Below are positions 34,579 through 44,223 of a DNA stretch of 64,000 nucleotides, one piece after another. Each line of letters begins with the position of its first letter. The first letter of the stretch is position 1. The DNA lies in assembly GCA_965248755.1 (NCBI GenBank), contig OZ252149.1, positions 2,272,001 through 2,336,000 of the forward strand, in the 5' to 3' direction. The notes beneath the pieces are model-generated. The model was not told where the DNA came from. It searched no databases and was given only the letters and a program-made list of their open reading frames with translations. This DNA comes from Candidatus Latescibacterota bacterium. Its GTDB lineage: Bacteria; Latescibacterota; CBDEFO01. The position numbers and the translations under genes are program-made.

Positions 34579-35802
34579 TCAAGCTCTGCCGGGAGGCATA
34601 AGCGCCAACAGCATGTCCACTGCCGTTTCTGCAAAGGCCGAATCATTAATATTTGCATCCAATTCCACCACTTCAATGTTCGGTCTGAGATTTTCTTTAA
34701 TCGCATCAAACATCGCTCGATCGGCTTCGGGTAACCAAAACTGATCCCCGTCGCTATCCAGTATAGACACCCCGCGGGTTGGCAAAAGAAAAGCTACCGG
34801 TCCTTGGGAAGCGTTGGCTTTCTCCGCGAAGATCTTCCCCATGGCTCTATTTTCCTCAACGTTGGTTCGCATCAATGTCACATTTGGATTCCATTGGTAG
34901 AGCTGTCGATTATTGTATTTTTCTGGGACCGATTCGATGGGCCCAAAGTTGGCCATGTCCACACATCCGGGGGCTATTAGATGAGGTATCCCGGCGCGGC
35001 CGGGCGCTGCCAGCCGGTCAGGGCCCGCACTAAAGACACCACCGCATATCTCATCAGCCCATTCTGTTGGAGTGATATCCAAAACGGCGTCGACATACCC
35101 ATCATCAACCAAACCTTCCATAGTCCGGCCGCCTGTACCGGTAGCGTGAAACACCAATACTTCATATCCTTTTTCGACCAGCGATTCGCGGCACATATTC
35201 ACGCAATCCGTGGTATTGCCGAACATACTGGCACAGACCACTGGCTTGGATTTTCCGCTGAGCGAATAATCCATTTTTGTCATACCACAGATAGCCCCGA
35301 CGGCTTCCTTAAAAACTTTCTCGCTGATCGGATTGATACCAGCGACATCAACAATTGAGGGAATCATGGTGATGTCCTTGACCCCCGTAATGATGGTGGT
35401 GTCACCTGCTGCCACGGTTGAGACCAAAACTTTGGGTGCGCCAATCGGCAAGGCTCGCATGGCACTTGAAATGACGCTGGTTCCACCGCTGCCACCCATA
35501 CCCAGCACCCCCTGAAACTTGCCTTCATCAAAATACTGCCTGGTCAGTGCGGCGGCTCCTTTGGCCATGGCTTCCATGGCTTTGCCCCGATCTTTGTCTT
35601 TCTGAAGTTTTGTGATATCCGTTCCGCCCGCTTTAGCAACCTGCGCATTGGGAATATCGGTTACAAACAAATCCGTATCACCTAAAACCCCGATGTTCAT
35701 TGTTAACACGCTACAGCCTTGGTCCTCGATTTGTTCTTTTACGAAGCAGTACTCCTCTCCTTTTACATCAAAAGCTCCAATGAGAAGAATGATCGTAGAC
35801 AT
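34579..35802 (-). CDS. UPF0261 / Tm-1-like ATP-binding domain protein
   Basis: GGSGGT, SIVDVAGIN, FHATGTGG, PGCVDMANF. Confidence 0.9.
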   Translation of the reverse strand: MSTIILLIGAFDVKGEEYCFVKEQIEDQGCSVLTMNIGVLGDTDLFVTDIPNAQVAKAGGTDITKLQKDKDRGKAMEAMAKGAAALTRQYFDEGKFQGVLGMGGSGGTSVISSAMRALPIGAPKVLVSTVAAGDTTIITGVKDITMIPSIVDVAGINPISEKVFKEAVGAICGMTKMDYSLSGKSKPVVCASMFGNTTDCVNMCRESLVEKGYEVLVFHATGTGGRTMEGLVDDGYVDAVLDITPTEWADEICGGVFSAGPDRLAAPGRAGIPHLIAPGCVDMANFGPIESVPEKYNNRQLYQWNPNVTLMRTNVEENRAMGKIFAEKANASQGPVAFLLPTRGVSILDSDGDQFWLPEADRAMFDAIKENLRPNIEVVELDANINDSAFAETAVDMLLALMPPGRA

Positions 35803-35840
35803 GATGAACTCCTTGAGTGGTGTACCGGGTGTTTACTTCG

Positions 35841-36470
35841 TCATCCGGGCGGGCCGGGCCCCAGGCCCATTTGATACTGGATCGCTCGGGATAGTTCACT
35901 TTCCGGATCATCCAGCTGCGTCGCGATGGAAAAATGGTTGTGGCCCAGCATCACCAGGACGTCAGGTGTCTCGCCGGAGTGAAACCAAGCTTCGGCGAGG
36001 TCATTTGACTGACGTAGATACTCTGGCCCTTCCGTCGCGCCAACTGGCAACAAAAGGGGTGAGAGACAGGTGCGCCGTTGTTTCATGGGGCTATTGCGTG
36101 CCGCGTCTTCCTCGCTGAGCTTGAGATCCTCGTTCAGAAAGCAGAGCCGGATGGGCTCGAGGTCATAAAGGTCGCTGATTCCACAACCGCCACAGATCGG
36201 CTGGACGGGCAACTCCGGGTCGAATGCGGGCCAGTCGGTCGCTATCATCATTGCAACGAGGTGCCCGCCTGCCGAGTGGCCCGAGACAAATATTTGTTCG
36301 CGGTTACCGCCGAAGCGATCTGCATTCCTCCAAATCCAAGCAAGCGCTACGCGGCACTGACGGACAAGTTCGTCAAAACTAACGTCTGGTACCAGAGCGT
36401 AGTTCACCACCACGGTGACGGCGCCGGTGTCATGGAGGCCGTATGCCACGTAGCTGAAGTTGTTCTTATG
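35841..36470 (-). pseudogene. Alpha/beta hydrolase (arylformamidase-like), 5' truncated
   Basis: GHSAGGHL nucleophile elbow and NHFS; HGG oxyanion segment missing. Confidence 0.7.
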
Positions 36471-37266
36471 CGGTGCGCCAATATCCCCCGCGGCCGATGG
36501 GAGTTCTGGTGTCAACCATGAAGACGTCATGCTCGAAATCAAATTCAAAGCCGTCTTCGGTTTCACGGCCGAGTACCGCACGAATTGCAGGGAAGATACA
36601 AAATAAGATAGCAGATGTCAATAAGAATCGGTGGTTGTCATAGGACCATTCAGTTCTCAGTTTGGAGGTGGGTGAGAATTGATAGGCCTCGATGGGTTGC
36701 TATGCTCCTACTTAAAAGCGCTTCTAAGAAAACTAAATATCCCTCAGTAATTTTGTCCGCTACTTTTCTACCAGCTTCTACTAAATTTCTACTGGAACAA
36801 GCCGAAACACCGTGAAAAACAAAGAAACATCGTAAAAGGTGAGAGGCTGTTAGCCTAAACAAAATAAAGAGTTAGGTAACAACACGAAACAGGAGGTAAA
36901 TCACTTAACTGACAGAAGATCACAGAAAGGACCGGGAGCAGATACAGGAGAAAAGACAGAAAAGGCGTGAGGAAATGGATCGACGTCAGTCCAGTCGGAA
37001 AACTGGCGGCAGATCAAGAGCCAGCTGAAGTAGGCTTCCCCGACGGCGGCTTGGCCTCGTCCCACAATGAAGACATCGAGTTGAAGACCATTAGACGAGC
37101 TGAGGTGTGAGTGAGCATTTGTGTGACGTCAGAACGGCACGGAGCTTAAGACCATGCCGCATATCACAGTTTAGTACCAGAAGATAGGGGACATCAACCT
37201 CACGAAGAAGTAGGAATGGAGTGACCCCGCCCGTACAAAGGGAAGCGTTGGAAGGAGATGTAACAG

Positions 37267-37743
37267 ATGGAGATAAGGCGTATTGTTCTGATAATCTGTG
37301 GCCTGCTCGTTCTGGCCTCCATAGGCTGCTCGGCGGCTAAAGCGGCGGGAGAAGAGGTGTTTCGGGGAATGGGCACATTTGATCAAGAGCGATTCGGGGC
37401 GATGCAGGCCCGGATGGAGGCCATGCGGGCCTTAGATATCGATTGGCTCTGGACACGACTTTCCTTCGCGCTGGAGCTGACAGAAGCGCAGGAGCAACAG
37501 GTCAGAGAGCTGCAGAAGGATCCGTGGGAGAGGCGGGAGCAGATGATGGCTGAGGCGGAAGAAAGTGGGGACGCGGACTGGGTGGCCATCGCCAACAAAT
37601 TCAGGGATATGAAGAAGAACGTGCAGGGGAAGCTGGAGGGGATCCTCACCTAGGAACAGCAGAGGCAGCTTGCAGATCTGGAGGAGCAACAGGAGGACCG
37701 GATGAGCCAGTTCCAAAGGCGAGATAGGGTTTCTCCATTCTGA
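37267..37743 (+). pseudogene. Spy/CpxP-like lipoprotein with in-frame TAG at 37651
   Basis: SIGC lipobox, LELTEAQ; GILT-stop-EQ interrupts the second LTxxQ motif and the frame continues to TGA 37743. Confidence 0.65.
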
Positions 37744-37863
37744 TGAAGGCAGGCAATCTCGGCGGGACGTGGAATCTTGACGTTGTACGGAGTGCTGCCT
37801 GTCGCCCTCTGTTACGCTGAGTGAGCCGGACATTAGAGCGCTTGCTACGATCCATCCAAACAA

Positions 37864-37890
37864 GAGCCCCCTACGTTTCGCAGGGGGCTC
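37864..37890 (-). terminator. Intrinsic terminator-like hairpin closing the array
   Basis: GAGCCCCCT/AGGGGGCTC stem followed by TTGTTT on the minus strand. Confidence 0.6.
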
Positions 37891-37898
37891 ATTATACC

Positions 37899-39165
37899 GG
37901 ACATCCCCGTTCACACCCGTTTAGCAGTTCACCTAATCTGTAAGACATACTACCCAGGGTTATTCAGTCTTCTCAGATGTTGCGATCCAACAAGTTCAGC
38001 ACTGCTTCAAGCTCAGCACTAGTTGCTGAATAACCCTGGGTGACATACATTCTACTTACCTCACGGATTATGCAACAGAGATGTCCTTAACAGAAGGCCT
38101 TCACTTCCTAAAGCGTCATTACCATCAACGCTGTTACCCGAATACAGGACATTCCCGTTCACACCCGTTTACCAGTTCACCTAATCTGTAAGACATACTA
38201 CCCAGGGTTATTCAGTCTTCTCAGATGTTGCGATCCAACAAGTTCAGCACTACCTCAAGTTCAGCACCGCGGCAAGTTCAGCACCGCTTGCTGAATAACC
38301 CTGGGTGACATACATTCTACTTACCTCCGGATTATGCAACAGAGATGTCCTTAACAGAAGGCCTTCACTTCCTAAAGCGTCATTACCATCAACGCTGTTA
38401 CCCGAATACAGGACATTCCCGTTCACACCCGTTTACCAGTTCACCTAATCTGTAAGACATACTACCCAGGGTTATTCAGTCTTCTCAGATGTTGCGATCC
38501 AACAAGTTCAGCACTACCTCAAGTTCAGCACCGCTTGCTGAATAACCCTGGGTGACATACATTCTGGTATCCTACCCTACTACAAGCTCTACAAGCTGAT
38601 TTCTAATCTAATCCTAAACGTAGGGCGAAGAATACCTTGAGTCGATCAGGTGTCGTATCGTCGTATGCAAAACTCACAATACGACACATCAGTAGTCCCA
38701 TGGACTGGACATTCTACTTACCTCCGGATTATGAAAGCAGTTCACCTAATCTGTAAGACATACTACCCAGGGTTATTCAGTCTTCTCTGATGTTGCGATC
38801 CAACAAGTTCAGCACTGCCTCAAGTTCATCACCGCGGCAAGTGTAGCACTACCTCAAGTTCATCACCGCGTCAAGTGTAGCACTGCTTCAAGTTCAGCAC
38901 TTGTTGCTGAATAACCCTGGATGACATAGATCCAGGTATCTTACCCTACAAGTCCTACAAGCTGATTTCTAATCTAATCCTAAACGTAGGGTGAAAAATA
39001 CCTTGCGTTGATCAGGTGTCGTATCGTCGTCTTCGAAACTCGCAATACGACACCTCAGTAGACGGGTGGACTGGACATACTACTTACCTCCGGATTATGA
39101 ACCAGGAATGTCCAACGAGAAGGCCTCTACTTCCTAAAGCGTCATTACCATCAACGCTGTTACCT
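37899..39165 (-). repeat. Modular non-coding array of hairpin units (candidate ncRNA array)
   Basis: Four copies of ACCCAGGGTTATTCAG...CTGAATAACCCTGGGT plus four other recurring stem-loop modules; no long ORF; strand inferred from the upstream gene and terminator. Confidence 0.9.
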
Positions 39166-39270
39166 GATATATTGGGCCTTCACTTAGATAGTCACATTAA
39201 ACCGTTAAATTCTTTCAAAAAAATTCATAAAATAACATATCCACGTACTAAGTCTTGGATATCAGTTGAG

Positions 39271-39798
39271 TTACAGATAATATTGCAGACCTGCTTTCAA
39301 AGCCTCCTTTTCAAATTTCTTCGTTGCCCTGGCTATCCACGTTGCTACAGTGCCTTCAGGCACCTTCATCTCCTCAGCTATCTCTCGGTAAGAAAGTTCA
39401 CGACATCGTAGTGTTAAGACTTCTGCCTCTTTCGGTTTCAGACGGGATAGAAGAATCTCTTGAACTAACGACTTCAGCTCATCTTTTTCAAGCAACCGAT
39501 CGGGTTGGTTGTCCTCATCGTCAGCGACATTATCATCCAGTTCGCAAAATCTGCCCTTGTTACGGTAAAGGTCCTTTGCTCCGTTTACGCACGCTGTTAT
39601 AAGGTAAGCTTCAAGATTCTGGATTTCTTCCAGATTTTTCTGAAGCGCATAGCAGATAACCTTTTGCGTTACCTCTCTTGCTTCATCATCAGTACTTGTG
39701 TATCCCCTTGTTATGTGGAAGAATTTGTCGAGGAACTCTCTGTCCTTGAGTAAGTCAGAGATGGACGGGGAGCCATTAGGTAGTGTCCGTCTCACCAT
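39271..39798 (-). CDS. ECF-type sigma-70 factor
   Basis: Region 2 (DEAREVTQ...AYLITACVNGAKDLYRN) and region 4 HTH (LSYREIAEEMKVPEGTVATWIARA); AAGGAG RBS before ATG 39798. Confidence 0.85.
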   Translation of the reverse strand: MVRRTLPNGSPSISDLLKDREFLDKFFHITRGYTSTDDEAREVTQKVICYALQKNLEEIQNLEAYLITACVNGAKDLYRNKGRFCELDDNVADDEDNQPDRLLEKDELKSLVQEILLSRLKPKEAEVLTLRCRELSYREIAEEMKVPEGTVATWIARATKKFEKEALKAGLQYYL

Positions 39799-39976
39799 TT
39801 CTTTCTCCTTTCGATGATGCCAAGCGTCTACAAAAGATGACTTTACGCAATTGGCAGCGTGGGTTTCAGAAAGGCGGGTACACAACAGTATACTCCCTTA
39901 TTAAACTTCCTACAAAACTAAACACATCATCAAGACATGGAGATTCCTTTATAATACAAAGAACAGATTTACGACT

Positions 39977-40585
39977 TTAACCTAATTCGGGATATTCTCT
40001 TCCCTCCCTAAGATCGTTTACAAATATCAGCAGATCGTGAGAATGCTCCTTCAAGTCCACAACTTGGTCGGGGAGTGTCGCCACCTGTGTATAACCTATA
40101 TCCAGGAACATCTGAATAGCCCCATGTTGTTCCACCATACACTCAGCCCTTAATCTGTCCAAGCCGGTGTGCATGGCTATTTCCGTCAACTCGCCCAAAA
40201 GCAGACCTGCTAGACCTCGGCGTCTGTAGTCAGGATGCACGACCGTCCGAACCTGTCCCGTGTGCCTCATCCAGCCCATCCTGTGATGATGCAGTGAAGC
40301 TTCCCCTATAATCTTCCTCTCAAGTTTTGCTACTAAAGGGATAACTCTACTTAGATCTACATTGGCGCACCATCCGTCAATGACAGACTCATCCGTCACA
40401 TCGTCCCTCAGGAACATCCTGTCCCTTGCCGGAATCTGGAGGAAGAATTGCATAAGTTCCTCCTTATCCCAGCTCTCCAATAACTTTATCGTAACTTCAG
40501 TACCGTCCTTCAAAGTCTCCACCTTCGGATATATATCCCCGAAGACTTCATCTAAATAGCTATCTGATAGAGTCTCCTGCAGCAT
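39977..40585 (-). CDS. GNAT acetyltransferase
   Basis: VVHPDYRRRGLAG acetyl-CoA motif; AGGAGG RBS. Confidence 0.88.
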   Translation of the reverse strand: MLQETLSDSYLDEVFGDIYPKVETLKDGTEVTIKLLESWDKEELMQFFLQIPARDRMFLRDDVTDESVIDGWCANVDLSRVIPLVAKLERKIIGEASLHHHRMGWMRHTGQVRTVVHPDYRRRGLAGLLLGELTEIAMHTGLDRLRAECMVEQHGAIQMFLDIGYTQVATLPDQVVDLKEHSHDLLIFVNDLREGREYPELG

Positions 40586-40719
40586 TTTGTCACCTCCTGG
40601 TTACTTGCGCTATAGTGGGTTTTAACACCCTAACAGTTTCTCTTAAGTGTCTTCCGTAATGGCCGAATTTTCCCGATCATCAAAGGAGATTTTGGTACGT
40701 TCCGTGGAAACTTCCTGAT

Positions 40720-41082
40720 CTACTCACAGGAAACTTCTATCTCCGCCGGCTCTCCTAACATAAAAAGAGCGACGATACTGCCTGTTAAGGAACTAATCGC
40801 TGTTTGAACGTCAACAACCTTGCGCCCCATAGTCTCCACGATCACATCTTCCAGATATTGGCGGGGACCCTCAAAAAGAAGCGCATTAAACTCCCTTAGG
40901 AGATTTTGGCCCTTCTGGCTTAAGGCCAGATGTTTTTCAGCAGGAGAGAGCATCTCTTTGAGATGGACGACGATCATATCCTCCTCTATCAGGACAGTTG
41001 CTTTCCTGGGGACTATTCCCATCTGTAATTCCTGAAATTTAGTGATCTCCTCACAAATAGCATCTTTAAGATCAGCGTTCAC
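40720..41082 (-). CDS. DUF2294 (MpsC/YbcI-like) protein
   Basis: FQELQMGIVP...LSPAEKHL...GQNLL pattern. Confidence 0.8.
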   Translation of the reverse strand: MNADLKDAICEEITKFQELQMGIVPRKATVLIEEDMIVVHLKEMLSPAEKHLALSQKGQNLLREFNALLFEGPRQYLEDVIVETMGRKVVDVQTAISSLTGSIVALFMLGEPAEIEVSCE

Positions 41083-41129
41083 GGTTTGTCCCTTTCTCTA
41101 ACAATAGATGAATACTCTATGACTGCTTC

Positions 41130-41393
41130 TTATTCAACTGCTATGCACGTTATCGTCTTTGTCACACCGGCAATGCTCCTCACCTGGGATGTAATCGCTT
41201 CTCCCAAGCCATTGCTGTCATCTGCCTGAATATGAGCCATAATATCGAAAGATTCCATTAGGGTAGTAAGATCCCGTAACCGTCCTTCTGCAGGGCCGAC
41301 AAATTTTATCCCTTCTATGTCGGAGAGCTCCTCCACGACATCTTCCACACTGTCGCCCGCCACATCTATCAGCACATAAGCTCTAACAGACAC
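41130..41393 (-). CDS. Lrp/AsnC ligand-binding (RAM) domain protein
   Basis: VRAYVLI...FDIMA...VRSIAGVTKTITCI; GGAGGTG RBS before GTG. Confidence 0.8.
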   Translation of the reverse strand: MSVRAYVLIDVAGDSVEDVVEELSDIEGIKFVGPAEGRLRDLTTLMESFDIMAHIQADDSNGLGEAITSQVRSIAGVTKTITCIAVE

Positions 41394-41431
41394 TATCTTA
41401 TCACCTCCTCCAAAAGATTTGTTTGTATAGC

Positions 41432-41512
41432 ACAAAAACAAAAAGCCGACGCAAAAAGACCCATATACTGGGCTCTGCGTCGGCATACTTTTCAACAAGC
41501 CATCTTTTTCAA
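41432..41512 (-). promoter_or_regulatory. Terminator/attenuator-like leader, copy B
   Basis: GCCGACGCA...TGCGTCGGC stem plus T tract between DUF2294 remnant and AsnC gene. Confidence 0.7.
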
Positions 41513-41576
41513 GAGTGCTATTTAACTAATCTGCCGAATTAAAACTGCTACCAATATACCGTATTTAAATTAATAT

Positions 41577-41830
41577 GTCAAGACTTTTTTGACGAAGTGC
41601 CCCCTTGAGGGAGCATTTCCTCAAGGCGCTTGTCCAGAATGAAAAGTATGACCCTCTCGCCTGTCCTCGTGCTGATGTCAGTATGAATGCTGGTGACTTT
41701 ACATCCAGATAAGGTTACAAATTACATCCTCCAAAAGCGGACGGGAGAACTCCATAAGCTGCATCTTGATCTCTTTGATCAATCCCGATCCTTTTGGACT
41801 CTCACCCAATTTTTGTTCAGCAGGCGTCAA
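41577..41830 (-). pseudogene. DUF2294 3' remnant
   Basis: Near copy of 44224-44472, lacks the 5' part, early stop at 41699. Confidence 0.8.
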
Positions 41831-42025
41831 AGGTCCAAGGATAACTCCCGCTAGACCATCTATCTGGCCGCTCTTTCTGGTTAGGTTTCTTTTCAGACTT
41901 TTCCCGAGGGCTTCTGACAGATCGTGAACAGGCGAGTCTATATGGTTAAGGTTGAAAACTTCGCCTACCAAATCTGAAGGAACTTCGAAAAAGGGCAAAA
42001 CGACGTCCCATTTTTTGGCAGTTTG

Positions 42026-43435
42026 TCATTCGAAGAAATCGTCTAACCAGCACGCCTCATCATTTAACGGAACGGTAAATATCTTTCCCACATCTTCTTC
42101 ATCTCTGCAGGAATGGTACTTAAGGATCAAATTTTCCTTTTCGTCTTGCACTATCGTGCCGAATATCTCAATCTTACCTGTATAATGCGACATCGCGTAT
42201 CTTACTGTCCTTGCCAGACCGCCTAGACCCTTCTTGGACTCCTCGAAGATTCTCAATCCTTCTGCTATCGGGACGCGGTAGTGCAAGCTCCCCTTTACGG
42301 GCCGCATCTGAAAGAGATAATACGGAGCGACCCCAGCATCTGCCAATCTCCTAAATAGCTCCCTCAGCACATCCGGATCATCGTTAATGCCTCTGTGCAA
42401 CACCGCCTGGTTGATAATGTGCGCACCTGCCTTAATGGCCTTATCTAAGCACTCCAGCGACTCCGCCGTCAGCTCCCTCGGATGATCGTAATGCGCGACT
42501 ATGTATATCCTCCTGTCCGGCAGACTATATCTCTTTATCAACTCCAGAAAACCATCGTCTAATATCCTGAAAGGATTAAACGCGGGCAGCTTTGTGCCGA
42601 GCCTTATGATCTTTATGTGGTCTACTGTACGCAACTGACTGAGAATAAAATCCAGCTTTTCGTTGACCAACATCAGAGGATCACCGCCCGTAATCAAGAC
42701 ATTATCTACCTCTCTATGTCTTCGCAAGTAGCCGAGAGTGCCTTCCCAATCGACACCTGTCTCTTGTTTTGATATAGACCCAGTAGTGAAGCGTTTTCTG
42801 AAGCAATATCTGCAGTAAGATGCGCAGACCGAAGTGGGCAAGAGCAAGACGGTATTTCTGTATTTGTGCTGCAACCCTCTTACTTGCACGTTATCTGCCT
42901 CTCCGCTGGTGTCATACTGGCCCCCTTCCCTAAGCTCATCGACTGAGGGTACGACTAATTTCTTCAGGGGATCGTCTGGATCGTGTGGATCGATGAGGTC
43001 AGCGTAGTATGGCGTAATGCCCATTTGAAACTTCCTAAGCACTATCGGTAGTTTCTCTTCTTCCTCTGGCGTCAGTGCTACATATTCTCGCAGTTTATCC
43101 ACAGTCCGTATGCTATCAATCAGTTCCTGTCTCCATCTTTCCACCTTTCGCGACGATCCCTCAGAAGCTACCTTGATGGCCCCTGGTTCCTCCATCGTCT
43201 CTCTGGATCCCGCCAGATGTAACACTTTTTCCAAAGAAGCTACAACCTTTCTGATAGGGCTGCCGAGGTCATTGCTGCTGGTCGATGAGCGCCTACTGAT
43301 AGAGTGTCTTCTTATGATATGTCGTAATTTCCTGCTCTTTCTCGGAGCCGAAGTCTTTCTTGAAGCCGAGGCTAGACCACCCTGGGGCCGCTCACCGATT
43401 TGAACACCTTCTTTTGCTTCATCTTCCCAAGTCAT
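42026..43435 (-). CDS. KamA-family radical SAM aminomutase-like protein
   Basis: GLQHKY, CASYCRYCFRKR, ITGGDPL, NQAVL..GIND, PYYLFQ. Confidence 0.9.
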   Translation of the reverse strand: MTWEDEAKEGVQIGERPQGGLASASRKTSAPRKSRKLRHIIRRHSISRRSSTSSNDLGSPIRKVVASLEKVLHLAGSRETMEEPGAIKVASEGSSRKVERWRQELIDSIRTVDKLREYVALTPEEEEKLPIVLRKFQMGITPYYADLIDPHDPDDPLKKLVVPSVDELREGGQYDTSGEADNVQVRGLQHKYRNTVLLLPTSVCASYCRYCFRKRFTTGSISKQETGVDWEGTLGYLRRHREVDNVLITGGDPLMLVNEKLDFILSQLRTVDHIKIIRLGTKLPAFNPFRILDDGFLELIKRYSLPDRRIYIVAHYDHPRELTAESLECLDKAIKAGAHIINQAVLHRGINDDPDVLRELFRRLADAGVAPYYLFQMRPVKGSLHYRVPIAEGLRIFEESKKGLGGLARTVRYAMSHYTGKIEIFGTIVQDEKENLILKYHSCRDEEDVGKIFTVPLNDEACWLDDFFE

Positions 43436-43777
43436 CGTATAATCCCTTTATGTCATTTGCGCACTCTTGCTCGTAGTACCAGTCATTGTCCCTGCTTGTG
43501 TCTTAGCTAATGCTGCCTGCAGGTCCGCGTCTGTCCCCTATCAAAACGCCAAGAGTGCCATTATTGCTGGTTTATAGTTCTATGCAACAGGTACTGAACC
43601 GTCCCCTAAGATCCTGTGCTACGCGACAGCGCCTCTACGTCTTTTCGTTTTGCTGCCTGTCTCCGGTACTCTCTGACGAGGTTGCTTTGGTCGTTGATGT
43701 CTTTGCCAGCGTGACAACTCGAAGCAATTTCACCGTTGTCTGAGTTATGATCCTTTACGGCCAGGTGCTCCCGACCT

Positions 43778-44041
43778 CTATTCGATTGCTATGCACGTTA
43801 TCGTCTTTGTCACCCCAGCAATGCTCCTCACCCGGGATGTGATCGCTTCTCCCAAGTCATTGCTGTCATCTGCCTGAATATGAGCCATAATATCGAACAA
43901 TTCCATTAGGGTAGTAAGATCCCGCAACCGTCCTGCTGCAGGGCCGACAAATCTTATCCCTTATATGTCGGAGAGCTCCTCTACGACATTTTCCACACTG
44001 TCGCCCGCCACATCTATCAACACATAAGCTCTAACGGACAG
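43778..44041 (-). pseudogene. Lrp/AsnC domain pseudogene
   Basis: Copy of 41130-41393 with start GTG changed to CTG and GAA changed to TAA at 43961-43963. Confidence 0.85.
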
Positions 44042-44079
44042 TATCTTATCACCTCCTCGAAAAGATCTGTTTGTACAGC

Positions 44080-44159
44080 ATAAAAATAAAAGCCGACGCC
44101 ACATACCCATCTACTGGGCTCTGCGTCGGCATACTTTTCAACAAGCCATGTTTTTCAAG
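44080..44159 (-). promoter_or_regulatory. Terminator/attenuator-like leader, copy A
   Basis: GCCGACGC...GCGTCGGC stem plus T tract downstream of intact DUF2294 gene. Confidence 0.7.
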
Positions 44160-44223
44160 AGTGCTATTTAACTCGTCTGCCGAATTAAAACTGTCACTAG
44201 TATACCGTATTTAAATTAATATG

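Noticed and set aside
30334..37653. Amber readthrough or recoding at in-frame TAGs (30334, 37651)
   Set aside because: TAG ends intact genes here (e.g. glmS), a similar GAA-to-TAA lesion exists at 43961, and the region is full of pseudogenes
39080..39090. TACTTACCT resemblance to U1 snRNA 5' end
   Set aside because: Short chance match; better explained as the reverse complement of a Shine-Dalgarno-containing segment
37899..39165. CRISPR array
   Set aside because: No constant repeat alternating with unique spacers; units are long and near-identical; no cas genes
39016..39411. 131-aa plus-strand ORF over the array end
   Set aside because: Antisense to the sigma gene, runs through hairpin repeats, no recognisable motif
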